Below are positions 29,118 through 38,489 of a DNA stretch of 64,000 nt, piece by piece (position 1 is the first letter of the stretch; each line of letters starts with the position of its first letter). Below the pieces are notes generated by a model. That model searched no databases and was not told the DNA's origin. It saw only the letters and a program-made list of their open reading frames with translations. This stretch comes from Candidatus Aminicenantes bacterium (GTDB lineage: Bacteria > Acidobacteriota > Aminicenantia > Aminicenantales > Aminicenantaceae), in the NCBI GenBank assembly GCA_021162615.1, contig JAGGYH010000090.1, forward strand, positions 22,800-86,799, read 5' to 3'. The position numbers were made by a program, and so were the translations under genes.

Positions 29118-31264
29118 GCCTGTTTGCCGAGGTGGTCCTTCCTGTCCCTTTGAGGAAAAGCTTTCTTTATGTCGTTCCTGAGAAATATGGAAAAGAAATA
29201 AAAAAAGGCGTAAGAGTTCTTGTCCCCTTTAGAAAGAATTTACTGACAGGCTATGTCATAGCCGTAACCGAAAGAGCTCCTTTAGAAAACATTGCATTGA
29301 AAGAAATAAAGGAGCTCCTTGATGCGGATCCTATTTTTTCCGCTTCTTTTCTTTCTTTTACAAGAAGGCTGAGTGATCATTATTACTCTTCCTGGGGAGA
29401 GGTTTTACAGATTTCTCTTCCCCCCTCCTATACCATAAAGACGAGAGTGGTACTGGCTGTCTGTGAGAAAGGGAAAGAATATCTAAAGAAAGAAACATGC
29501 CGCGGCTTAGAAAGAGAAGTACTAAAGAGCTTAATAAAGAGACCTTATACTGAGAATTATCTCCGCAGAAAATTGAAAGCGAACGGATTGTCTTCCCTTA
29601 TTTCAAGGATGGAGGAAAAGGGGTTGCTAAAAAGGCAAAGAGAACTAAGAAGGCCTCTTGAAAGAGAATGGAGTGTTAAAAGGAGTTCACCGGCCCAGCT
29701 TGAGATGGATTACTCGCTTGACAGCACATTAGGAGAGACAGCAGATAGGATAAAAAAAGCCCTTGGAAAAGGAGCCTTTTGTTCCTTTCTGATCGCGGCG
29801 GCAAAAGAAAAGAGAGAGCCTATCTATATGGCTCTGATAAAGGAGGCCATAGCATCGGGCTTAAAGACTCTTTTTCTGGTTCCGGAAATAGAGTTTGCGG
29901 ATAGGATTTTGAATGAATTTAAAAAAAAATTGGGAGAAAATGCAGCTTTCCTCCACAGCCGGCTGAGTGAAAAACAAAGAGAACTCACATGGAAGGGAAT
30001 CAGAAACGGAGAAACAAAGGTGGTTGCAGGGCCCCGGTCCGTTCTGCTGTCCCCTATTGAAAATGTGGGTTTGATCATTGTGGACGAGGAAGAGGATGAC
30101 TCGTATTATCAGAGAGAGAACCCTGTGTATGATGCCAGGGTAGGGGCCAGGTTGAGAGCAGAACAGGAAAAAGCAGTGCTTGTTTATGGGTCAGAAAGTC
30201 CTTCCGTGGGGCTTCTGTATCAATTGAAGAAGAATGATCGGTTTTTCGACTTAAACAGAAACCGAAAATCCAGATTCATGAGAGATATTATTGACAGCCG
30301 GAAGCACGCCGGAATATTATCCCGTCCCATGAAAGAAGGGATCAAAAAGAGGATTAAAAAAAAGGAGCCGGTTCTCCTGTTCTTCAACAGGCAGGGTTAT
30401 GCTTCTTCTCTGGTCTGTTCCCGATGCGATTATACTCCTAAGTGCAGGCACTGTGAGGCTCTGTTGACATATTACAAAAAAGGGCAAAAGCTCATATGCC
30501 GGTACTGCCATTATTCTGAGGATGCAATAATGAAATGTCCGGAGTGCGGCGCCCGGATGGTCCCGGGAGGCGGATTTGGCATGGAAGTATTGGAAGAAGA
30601 ACTGAAGAAGAATTTTCCCGAAAGCCGGATTGAGAGCATATATAAATCCGCGGTAAAAAAGGCACAGGAAGGAAAGATAGTCAAGGACTATAAAGAGAGG
30701 AAAATTGACATATTGTTAGGGACGCAGATGCTGTCACATATGCCCGAATTACCGCCTTCTTGTTTTGTGGGGATCTTTTATCCTGAAAGCATACTGAGGC
30801 TTGCTGATTTCAAAGCGGGTTATAAGACATTCAGGTATATAAGAGAGACAATGGCATTTGTGAAAAATGACAGGGATTCTGAATTTCTGGTACAGACCTA
30901 TCTGCCGAACAGCTATCCCATAAACCATGCTGTGTCTGAGAAGATCCCGTCCTTTTACGAGCATGAATTAAAGAACCGGAGACTCATGGGATACCCTCCT
31001 TTTTCCTTTCTTGCCGAAGTGCTTTTTTACGGAAGGAACCTGAGGTCCATTGCAAGAAAATCAAGGACGCTGCTGGACGTATTAAAGAGAAGTAAAAACC
31101 ATATTGAGATACTAGGGCCTTCGTTTGCTCCGATTAGAAAGTTAAGAGGCAGCAGTCGGGTCCAGGTGATTATTAAATCAAAGGAAAGAAGCACTCTGGA
31201 TAGGGCCCTGGAAAAGATATCCAAAGAGATAAGAACGAAAAAATCAATATTTATTTATGAATAA
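29114..31264 (+). CDS. priA: Primosomal protein N' (PriA) homolog with degenerate helicase motifs
   Basis: PriA architecture is present: an N-terminal 3'-binding domain (FAEVVLPVPL..F.Y.VP), a Cys-rich zinc region (CSRCDYTPKCRHCEALLTYY...CRYCHY...CPECG) and a C-terminal domain. See the finding for the motif changes. Confidence 0.85.
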   Translation: MSLFAEVVLPVPLRKSFLYVVPEKYGKEIKKGVRVLVPFRKNLLTGYVIAVTERAPLENIALKEIKELLDADPIFSASFLSFTRRLSDHYYSSWGEVLQISLPPSYTIKTRVVLAVCEKGKEYLKKETCRGLEREVLKSLIKRPYTENYLRRKLKANGLSSLISRMEEKGLLKRQRELRRPLEREWSVKRSSPAQLEMDYSLDSTLGETADRIKKALGKGAFCSFLIAAAKEKREPIYMALIKEAIASGLKTLFLVPEIEFADRILNEFKKKLGENAAFLHSRLSEKQRELTWKGIRNGETKVVAGPRSVLLSPIENVGLIIVDEEEDDSYYQRENPVYDARVGARLRAEQEKAVLVYGSESPSVGLLYQLKKNDRFFDLNRNRKSRFMRDIIDSRKHAGILSRPMKEGIKKRIKKKEPVLLFFNRQGYASSLVCSRCDYTPKCRHCEALLTYYKKGQKLICRYCHYSEDAIMKCPECGARMVPGGGFGMEVLEEELKKNFPESRIESIYKSAVKKAQEGKIVKDYKERKIDILLGTQMLSHMPELPPSCFVGIFYPESILRLADFKAGYKTFRYIRETMAFVKNDRDSEFLVQTYLPNSYPINHAVSEKIPSFYEHELKNRRLMGYPPFSFLAEVLFYGRNLRSIARKSRTLLDVLKRSKNHIEILGPSFAPIRKLRGSSRVQVIIKSKERSTLDRALEKISKEIRTKKSIFIYE

Positions 31265-31295
31265 GAGATGGCTGCAGGTTTTTCTTTTGTTTGTG

Positions 31296-31808
31296 TTAAT
31301 CCGATAGAATTATGTAAATCGGAGCCCTGCTTATTAAAAATTCCTGACCTTCCCAGGGTACAAGGGCGTATATGTAGATTTCCATTTCTGTAGAGATTTC
31401 TTTAGCGTTAGGTCCGTAGTATTTCACTTCAGCAATTCCTTGAGAGTCCGTAACCCTGCTGGCAGTGTACTGGTCATCGGTAAAAAAGAAGCCCTCGTAT
31501 ATCTTTTGACCTTGAGCGTCTCTGATATCAAACAAAACAGTTTTGCCTGGATAAGGAGTTCCGTCGTATTTTTTTAGGCTGGCGGTTATTATCGATGATT
31601 GGCGGGATGGACCTGCAGTCAGAATATTGGGATTGGCGGTTACTTCAAAAACAATGGATATGGTGGAGGGGCCTAAGGGAGAGGGTTCTTCCACTTCAGA
31701 TCGTGTGCAGGAACTTATTAACAGCATACAAAAGAGCAACAAACCAATGGTTATTATATTTTTATTCTCATTCATTTTCTTATCCTTAATCATTGACATA
31801 ATTCGCAA
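31296..31808 (-). CDS. Hypothetical lipoprotein, Ig-like beta-sandwich suspected
   Basis: Lipobox LLISSC. The body resembles bacterial Ig-like (Big-type) domains (ITASLKKYDGTPYPGKTVLFDI...DSQGIAEVKYYG). It is the last gene of the pil operon strand block. Confidence 0.5.
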   Translation of the reverse strand: MRIMSMIKDKKMNENKNIITIGLLLFCMLLISSCTRSEVEEPSPLGPSTISIVFEVTANPNILTAGPSRQSSIITASLKKYDGTPYPGKTVLFDIRDAQGQKIYEGFFFTDDQYTASRVTDSQGIAEVKYYGPNAKEISTEMEIYIYALVPWEGQEFLISRAPIYIILSD

Positions 31809-32391
31809 AGTATATGGTTATGTATCCGGTTGTGGAAACGGCTCTGTCTGCAAGGTCATGGCCGTAGAAATCCACTTTTGCAGTGACTGTTAAAACCACA
31901 TCTCCGCTGGCATCTCTGAGGTCGATCAAAGGGGACTCCAGCTTGGCAACGGCTCTCACTACGACTATGGATATTGTTTGAGTCGAGCCCACAGCAATTT
32001 CAGATGATAGAGATCCTTCAAAGGAATAGGGAACGTCAACACCTTCTGTATTTTTTCCGTCTGATCTGGTATATGTGACGACATAACGTGTCAGGATAAC
32101 ATTGTTGTACTGAGATGTTCCGTAAATAGGTTCCGGGTTAATGGTCTTAACACCCAGAGTAGCGGACACGAGGTCAGCTTCAACAGTGACTTGTCCCTCT
32201 TCTCCGCTTTCCACAGCAACATCAGATTGAAGAAAATTTTGTTCATTGTCTTCAATGTCAGTCCCGGTGATTTCTTCGACATACAGGAGGCTTGCAGACC
32301 TGGTATCATTTTCGATGGGGTTGCATGAAAAAAGGAGAATCACGACTGCAAAAATGATTGTTGATTTGATTATAGACATTGTTTTTTTCAT
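31786..32391 (-). CDS. Hypothetical lipoprotein
   Basis: Lipobox LLFSC and a beta-rich sequence. It begins 18 nt downstream of the pilQ stop and overlaps the next lipoprotein gene by 23 nt. Confidence 0.5.
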   Translation of the reverse strand: MKKTMSIIKSTIIFAVVILLFSCNPIENDTRSASLLYVEEITGTDIEDNEQNFLQSDVAVESGEEGQVTVEADLVSATLGVKTINPEPIYGTSQYNNVILTRYVVTYTRSDGKNTEGVDVPYSFEGSLSSEIAVGSTQTISIVVVRAVAKLESPLIDLRDASGDVVLTVTAKVDFYGHDLADRAVSTTGYITIYFANYVND

Positions 32392-32409
32392 GGTCTTGCA
32401 CCTTTTATC

Positions 32410-34677
32410 TTATCTAATTATTCTTGGTGTTAAAAAGATAAGCAGTTCTCTATTTTCTTTTGTACGGGCAAATGACTTAAAAAGATTGCCCAGTATGGGA
32501 ATCTGATGCAGGAATGGAATCCCTTCTCTTGTTATGGAATCTTCGGTTCTGTATATACCTCCGATGACCGTTGTCCCTCCGTCCGGTACCATGACAGTTG
32601 TCTGTGCGCTTTGTCTTATAATGGGAGGGATTCCGTTGACCAGGTTAGAAAAATCTGCAGCATTGTTTTGGATCTCAATATTCATTATAATGGTTCCCTC
32701 TGCGGTTATTTGAGGGGTTGCCCTGAGTTCCAGTGCGGCATTGACATATCTGGTCGTGACCGTGAAATTGGCAACAGTCTGAACAGGGATCTGCCGGCCC
32801 TGGATGATTTCAGCTTCCTGGTTGTTCTGAGTGGTTATTTTCGGCGCGGATATGATTCTTCCGGTTCCAGACCTCTCAAGAGCGCTGATAGCCAGGTCCA
32901 GCCTAAACGTATCAGCTATGTTTGCCAGAGAGAATCCCAGGACAGTATTGAATTCAGGAGAAGGAAGGTTGATTCCATATCCCCCAAGCGGCCCCCCGAT
33001 TCCTTTGGTGGTCATCCCTACTGGAATCTGAGCGCCGTCTACCAGGATTTTGTTAGGGAATTGAAGTGTGGTCTGGTTTCCGTAGAATGGATCAGCGATT
33101 CCCTGCCATCCCCACTGCACACCTAAGTTCCGCACAAATCTTGAAGTCGCCTCTACGATTCGGGCTTCTATGGATACTTGAGGAGTCGGTGTATCAAAGA
33201 CATCTATGAGCTTTTCAATGAGGCTCATTTTTTCTCTGACATCGGATACAATGAGCGTATTTGTCCGGTTGTCTACGATGATCTCTCCCCGGCTGGAAAT
33301 TTTAGTGCTCAAAAGGCTCTGAACCTCGTCTGCTTTTGAGTAGGAAAGAGTGAAGGTCTGCACGATTACCGGGCCTGCCAGTTCCTGGCTGTCAGAAAGT
33401 TTTTGGATTTCTTCCTGCTCTCTTGTCAGCACGGCCATTGGAGCAACACGCAGAACATTGCCCTCTATGCTTTTTCCTTGTTTGTTGGTTTTTAGAATCA
33501 CGTCAAGGAACTGATCCCAGGGAATATCAGTGAAGTCACATGTTACTGTGCCGCTCACGTCCGGATCGAAAATAACATTCAGGCCGGCGATATCTGCTAT
33601 CACAAACACCACGTCCCTGAGTTCGGCGTCTTTGAACCTGGGGCTTATGAGCTGTCCCGAGTATTTGGTTTCTGTATCTGCAATTATTTGAGGTTCATAT
33701 TGGAGCTGCTGAGGCTGGGGTGCGCTTGATGCCGCATCCCCATTTGTTTTTAACGTATTGTTTTCTTCTGTATGGTTTTCTTCTGCTTTCGGAACGCTGT
33801 CCTGAGGTGAGCCGTTTTTAGAACTGGGTTCTTCCTCCAGAGTCTCGGAAACAGGAGGTTCCTCCGGAGCCGGCTCAGCCAGGGTGAACTCCTGGTTTTT
33901 GTAAAACGAGATATTCAGAGAGTCTTCTTCTTGATCAAGGGTGTAGAAAACAGGCTCCTTCAGGTCAAAAACCATTCTGGCTATGGTGTAAGGATTTGAA
34001 ACCTGAAATTGGCCTGTTCTTAACTCAATGATCCCGTATTTGTTAATAGAGCGGCTGAATGAACTTTTTGCGGTCAGTGTGTTGTGAAGGTCCACTACAA
34101 GTCGGAGAGGATTTTCAAGGACAAATACATTAGGTACGGAGCTGTCAGGCACTTCTGCTTTTATGTCAATCTTTTGATCCCCTTCAGATACCTTGATATC
34201 TCTGAGATAGACTGATGAACCCATGCCTTTTTGTATTTTTTTTCTGTTCTCTTCTGTGAGGGGATAGTTTTCAAGATGAGCCTGGGCTTGGTTGATTTCT
34301 ATCACGACTGATTTGCCCTTGTTAAAGACCGTATAGGGCATCTTCTGATTCAAGTCTATAAGAATGATGGGCTTTGTGGTTTCCCTGTGGACAGCTTGAA
34401 TATCCCGGATCAGAGTGCTGTTGCTGAGATCTGCCTGCAGGTTCAGATCGGATGGAAGCATATCCAATTCCAGAACGATTCTGGAATCAGGTCCGGTTGA
34501 ATAAAAGGAATGGATGACGTTAAAAGGAGTTTCGGACTTTAAGGTTAGTCGGGTACTGTTCAATTCATTCTGAAGGTACAGGCTGTTTGAAAGCTGTTGG
34601 CTGTAGACGGGATATCCGCTGACAAGCGTTATAATACATAGAAAGGCGGCTGCATGTAAATATTTTTTCCCTTTCAT
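32410..34677 (-). CDS. pilQ: Type IV pilus secretin PilQ
   Basis: Signal peptide, two AMIN-like N-terminal domains, a Pro/Glu-rich linker, N0/N1 domains and the secretin C-domain (...VMVPDGGTTVIGGIY...IPFLHQIPILGNLFK...RELLIFLTPRI). Confidence 0.9.
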   Translation of the reverse strand: MKGKKYLHAAAFLCIITLVSGYPVYSQQLSNSLYLQNELNSTRLTLKSETPFNVIHSFYSTGPDSRIVLELDMLPSDLNLQADLSNSTLIRDIQAVHRETTKPIILIDLNQKMPYTVFNKGKSVVIEINQAQAHLENYPLTEENRKKIQKGMGSSVYLRDIKVSEGDQKIDIKAEVPDSSVPNVFVLENPLRLVVDLHNTLTAKSSFSRSINKYGIIELRTGQFQVSNPYTIARMVFDLKEPVFYTLDQEEDSLNISFYKNQEFTLAEPAPEEPPVSETLEEEPSSKNGSPQDSVPKAEENHTEENNTLKTNGDAASSAPQPQQLQYEPQIIADTETKYSGQLISPRFKDAELRDVVFVIADIAGLNVIFDPDVSGTVTCDFTDIPWDQFLDVILKTNKQGKSIEGNVLRVAPMAVLTREQEEIQKLSDSQELAGPVIVQTFTLSYSKADEVQSLLSTKISSRGEIIVDNRTNTLIVSDVREKMSLIEKLIDVFDTPTPQVSIEARIVEATSRFVRNLGVQWGWQGIADPFYGNQTTLQFPNKILVDGAQIPVGMTTKGIGGPLGGYGINLPSPEFNTVLGFSLANIADTFRLDLAISALERSGTGRIISAPKITTQNNQEAEIIQGRQIPVQTVANFTVTTRYVNAALELRATPQITAEGTIIMNIEIQNNAADFSNLVNGIPPIIRQSAQTTVMVPDGGTTVIGGIYRTEDSITREGIPFLHQIPILGNLFKSFARTKENRELLIFLTPRIIR

Positions 34678-34678
34678 G

Positions 34679-35149
34679 TTATCGCTCCTCTGGATTTATT
34701 TCTTTGGTTACATTAATAGGTCTTGACAAAGGAATTCCTCTGTTTTTTGTTTTTCGAAAGATTATCTGTCTTTCTTTGATGGTCAGTACGAAACCGTCAT
34801 TGAACTGATCACCTTCATTGATTTTAAAAGGAAATCCCTGCGGGCCTCTAATAATTCCGATAAGATTTTTTTCTATTTTTAAAATGCCTATAAGGATGAC
34901 ATCGTCAATAGACATTTCTGAGACCGCTTTTGTGCCGGCTTTTTCTTCCGCTTCGCTTCCGGCCAGGAGGTCTCTGAAAGGGTCGCGCCGTCCTGCGGGA
35001 TTATAGGTGTAAGCCTCCCTTTGGATTTGCTTTATACTGGGTTCTTCTGCTTTTTCTGGGTCTGTTTTTTCCTGGCTGTATGCAGGGGCGAGAAAAGCGG
35101 CAAACAAACATACAGATAAGATTGTAAATATGGTTGTTTTTTTCATCAC
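34679..35149 (-). CDS. pilP: Pilus assembly protein PilP
   Basis: Signal peptide, the Y.YNPAGRRDPFRDLL motif, a small beta domain, and its position between pilO and pilQ. Confidence 0.65.
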   Translation of the reverse strand: MMKKTTIFTILSVCLFAAFLAPAYSQEKTDPEKAEEPSIKQIQREAYTYNPAGRRDPFRDLLAGSEAEEKAGTKAVSEMSIDDVILIGILKIEKNLIGIIRGPQGFPFKINEGDQFNDGFVLTIKERQIIFRKTKNRGIPLSRPINVTKEINPEER

Positions 35150-35715
35150 TTCCCCTCTTTGTCTTTTTCTTGCTGAGAAGCCTCTTCGTGGAAGACATAG
35201 GTCTTAGCCGTGGAATTAGTCCTAACCGTTAGAGAGTCTGTTTGATCCCTTAAAGCTTTTATTGAGAAATCTTCCATGGTGAACAATCTTGAGAAGTTGC
35301 TGAGTTTGCTGAAGAAGACGGCAATATTATGATAGTTTCCCGTAAGTTCCATGGATATGGGCTTTTCTGAGAAAAACTCTTGAGCTATAAGTGCTTTTGG
35401 CGTAAACCGGACGATGTCGATCCTTGAATCAAAGGCAAGCTGCTGTATCCTTCTCAATATGACGTCTATTTCTTGCTCCTCGGGGATGATGGCTTCCAGT
35501 TCGTCCAGTTGGGCGGTCATTGACTTTAATTCCTTCTCTATTTGATCCAATTCTTCTTTTTTCTGCTTCAGCATCTCTACTTCTTTTTCTGTGCGGATTC
35601 TTTCGTCTCTGATACTGGCAAGCTCGTCGTTTTGTGGCTTGTAATGGATAAAATAGAAGAGCCCTAAGATGATAAGGGCTACCAATACATAACCGTACCA
35701 GGGCCAGTCTTTCAT
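35146..35715 (-). CDS. pilO: Pilus assembly protein PilO
   Basis: Single TM, a coiled coil, then ...ISMELTGNYHNIAVFFSKLSNFSRLF, typical of the PilO core. 4-nt overlaps with its neighbours. Confidence 0.75.
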   Translation of the reverse strand: MKDWPWYGYVLVALIILGLFYFIHYKPQNDELASIRDERIRTEKEVEMLKQKKEELDQIEKELKSMTAQLDELEAIIPEEQEIDVILRRIQQLAFDSRIDIVRFTPKALIAQEFFSEKPISMELTGNYHNIAVFFSKLSNFSRLFTMEDFSIKALRDQTDSLTVRTNSTAKTYVFHEEASQQEKDKEGK

Positions 35716-36326
35716 TGGGAATTCTCCTTTACGCTTTCTTCTGTCTGGATAGGAGTGTAGGGAAGGACAAAGCTGGCGTTCATTGAAAATTCAAGATACT
35801 TGTTGTTCTTTGTCTCTCTCAATGTAGAGGATATGAGGTCCACATTTTTAAAGTATTGGTTTTCTTCAAGATTTGAGATGAAGTCAGCAATCAGATTATT
35901 GGACAGCGATTTTCCTTTAATCAAGAGGTTGTAATCTTTGAAATCAAGCTCTGTCAGCCAGACCCAATCTGGAAGATTTTTACTCAGTTCGTCCATAATG
36001 ATAACGCCCACTCCCTGCCTTGATTTTAAGCGGGTTATCAGGTTTATTTTTCTGCTCAGCACTTGCTTCTGTCTTTCCAGGTCTTCGAGCTTTGTCAGTA
36101 CATACTGAAGGCTTTGTTTCTCAGCTTTCGCATCCTGCAATAAGGCCTTTTCACTGTTTAATTCTCTTTTTTGGAGAAGGAAAAGAGCTCCAATCAGTAT
36201 GATGACAAGAAGAAAGATAAGCATATAAGGAAACTGTCGTTTTTTTCCTTTTAGTTCAGGCTCAGGGACACCGGGTGCCTCTGACACCTCTTTTTTCCCG
36301 GGCTTTAATAGATTAATCCTTATCAT
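35712..36326 (-). CDS. pilN: Pilus assembly protein PilN
   Basis: MIRINLLKPG N-terminus (PilM-binding peptide), a TM segment, a coiled coil and a ferredoxin-like C-domain. Confidence 0.75.
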   Translation of the reverse strand: MIRINLLKPGKKEVSEAPGVPEPELKGKKRQFPYMLIFLLVIILIGALFLLQKRELNSEKALLQDAKAEKQSLQYVLTKLEDLERQKQVLSRKINLITRLKSRQGVGVIIMDELSKNLPDWVWLTELDFKDYNLLIKGKSLSNNLIADFISNLEENQYFKNVDLISSTLRETKNNKYLEFSMNASFVLPYTPIQTEESVKENSQ

Positions 36327-36329
36327 GGT

Positions 36330-37406
36330 TTATTTTTCCGTTTTTCTTAATGCCAAGCCTGTTGCTACTCCGAAAAGAGTATAAAGCTCATCGAAGTATA
36401 TAGAATCGAATTTTTTTTCATCGTATTCTATTCTCTTAAATGGATTGAGTATCTCAGTCTTGATATTGAATTTTTGTTCAAAATTGCTACGAAGGTCTTT
36501 TAATTTCGAAAGTCCTCCGCTTAAAAAGACAAAGTCGATCTTCCTTCCTGTTTTTTCGCCTGCTTCATAAAAGGAGAAGGTTTTTTCAGTTTCATCGATA
36601 AGGTTCTGGATGCTCATGTTTAATACTGTTTTGAACTGGTCAGCTTGAATATTCTGAACCGGAAGTCCCTTGATGAGTTTTTCCGCATCGTCAAAACTGA
36701 TGCTCAGGTCTTTGCTGAGATTCTCGGTGAAAAACGAGCCTCCGATGGAAAGGTCTCTGAACAATTGGGGGATTCCTTTTTCTACGATGATCACATTTGT
36801 GATATTCGCACCCAGGTTTATGATAGAGATTGTTTTGTTGTTGAAGATCTCGGGATAATTGAGTTCCAGAGCATTTTGCAGGGCAAAAACATCTACTTCT
36901 ATAGCATCCAGGTTTTTTCGGGCTTGATTGATAACATTGCTGTAGTTGGCGATCTTATCTTTTTTTGCTGCCACGAGCAGTATATCCAAATTTCTATCTT
37001 CTGAATAGTCAGGCGGTCTGAGAACTGCGTAGTCGACATTGGTTTCCTCATAGGGATAGGGAATGTTGTGTTTGGCTTCCCAAATGATCGATTCTGCAAG
37101 TTCTTCGCTTTCCATGGAAGGAAGGGATATCTTTTTGATGATCACAGAGTTTCCTGAGATGGAAATGGCGACATTCTTGTTCGATATTTTATTCTCATCA
37201 AAAATTATCTTAATGGTCTCTACAACCGCTGCAGAGTCAATTATGGTTCCTTCTACAATAGCGTCAGGGGGGAGAAGCTCATATCCGATCTTTTTCAATA
37301 AAAAGCTATCCTCTTTTCCCCTTACAGCTTTAAGCTCGACAGCTTTTATGGAATGAGATCCAATGTCTAATCCTACAGCTTGTTTTGGCTGTCCGATTCC
37401 AAGCAT
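36330..37406 (-). CDS. pilM: Pilus assembly ATPase-like protein PilM (actin fold)
   Basis: VGLDIGSHSIKAVEL and ...INLGANITNV... actin/FtsA-like motifs. 358 aa. Confidence 0.9.
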   Translation of the reverse strand: MLGIGQPKQAVGLDIGSHSIKAVELKAVRGKEDSFLLKKIGYELLPPDAIVEGTIIDSAAVVETIKIIFDENKISNKNVAISISGNSVIIKKISLPSMESEELAESIIWEAKHNIPYPYEETNVDYAVLRPPDYSEDRNLDILLVAAKKDKIANYSNVINQARKNLDAIEVDVFALQNALELNYPEIFNNKTISIINLGANITNVIIVEKGIPQLFRDLSIGGSFFTENLSKDLSISFDDAEKLIKGLPVQNIQADQFKTVLNMSIQNLIDETEKTFSFYEAGEKTGRKIDFVFLSGGLSKLKDLRSNFEQKFNIKTEILNPFKRIEYDEKKFDSIYFDELYTLFGVATGLALRKTEK

Positions 37407-37420
37407 TTTTTATTTCCTTA

Positions 37421-37921
37421 TTATAAAGTTAAATTTTGGTTTTTCTTGATTTTCCCCTTTAGTTTTTCTTCAACAGAAGGGGGGACCAATCCCTTGAGGC
37501 AGCCTCCCAAAAGGCATACCTCTTTGACCAGCTGGGAGCTCAGAAAAGAATATTCCACCGCAGGCATCATGTAAAGTGTCTCAATATCCGGAGCCAGTTT
37601 CCTGTTCATCAGAGACATCTGGAATTCGTACTCGAAATCCGAAATAGCTCTCAATCCTCTGATAACAATACTAGATTTCATTTTCTTGGCAAAGTCAACC
37701 AGAAGTCCATTAAAAGACAAAACCTTTATTCTTTTTTGATCAGGAAATATGTTTTCGATCATTTTGACTCTCTCTTTAGTCGTAAAGAGAGGGTCCTTTT
37801 TGGGATTCTTTAAAACAGCAACATCTATTTGATCGAAAATTTCTAATCCCCTTTCTATGATATCAACATGGCCATTTGTTATTGGGTCGAAGGAACCTGG
37901 ATACATGGCATTTTTTTTCAT
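37421..37921 (-). CDS. coaD: Phosphopantetheine adenylyltransferase
   Basis: YPGSFDPITNGHVDII and ISSQLVKEV-type motifs. 166 aa. Confidence 0.9.
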   Translation of the reverse strand: MKKNAMYPGSFDPITNGHVDIIERGLEIFDQIDVAVLKNPKKDPLFTTKERVKMIENIFPDQKRIKVLSFNGLLVDFAKKMKSSIVIRGLRAISDFEYEFQMSLMNRKLAPDIETLYMMPAVEYSFLSSQLVKEVCLLGGCLKGLVPPSVEEKLKGKIKKNQNLTL

Positions 37922-38290
37922 GTGTTTTTATATTCACCTTTCCTGACCTGAGTACCTTATTACCAAATATATTTATCTTTGTCAAATAAATAATATTGAA
38001 ATTTTTGTACCCAGTCGCCTCTAATAATAACGGATTTAGATAAATATATATACATTTATTTACTTATGTTTGTATTTATTGACTGATTCGTCAATCCTCC
38101 TTAAAGACGATATTAAGGGTGATTTTATGTTATTTTTACTCCTCTGTAAAGGTGAATTCTCCCAGGTTATTCATAAAAGCTAAAGCTGCTGATAACATAT
38201 CTATAATCGAGCATGTTTCCTGCATTTTTATAGTGCTTGAAGAAAACCTGTGGGACTGTTTCTTTCCTTGATGCTTATACTTTTATTTAA

Positions 38291-38489
38291 CCTGACCTAT
38301 TCATAAAAAAAAATGAATGTCGTCCTTTTTTACCATTAAGCCTTCTTCACCATCGACTCGTGAATAACCAGGATCAAATCCAGGCTTTTATGGATTAGCG
38401 GAATGGTGTATCATAGTGGTGATAAAGAGGGAAAGGTAATCCGTGGACAAAAAAAAGGGACATGGCCGTTTTTTTATGAATAGGTCAGG
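38291..38489. repeat. Composite intergenic repeat element, family 2 (perfect 21-bp inverted R1 ends)
   Basis: CCTGACCTATTCATAAAAAAA (38291-38311, run extends to 38313) and TTTTTTTATGAATAGGTCAGG (38469-38489) are exact reverse complements. An internal R2-like box lies at 38354-38372. The left ~45 nt parallel 14203-14250. Confidence 0.55.

Noticed and set aside
32506-33126. 206-aa plus-strand ORF inside pilQ
   Set aside because: It is antisense to the conserved secretin C-domain and has no RBS or motifs.
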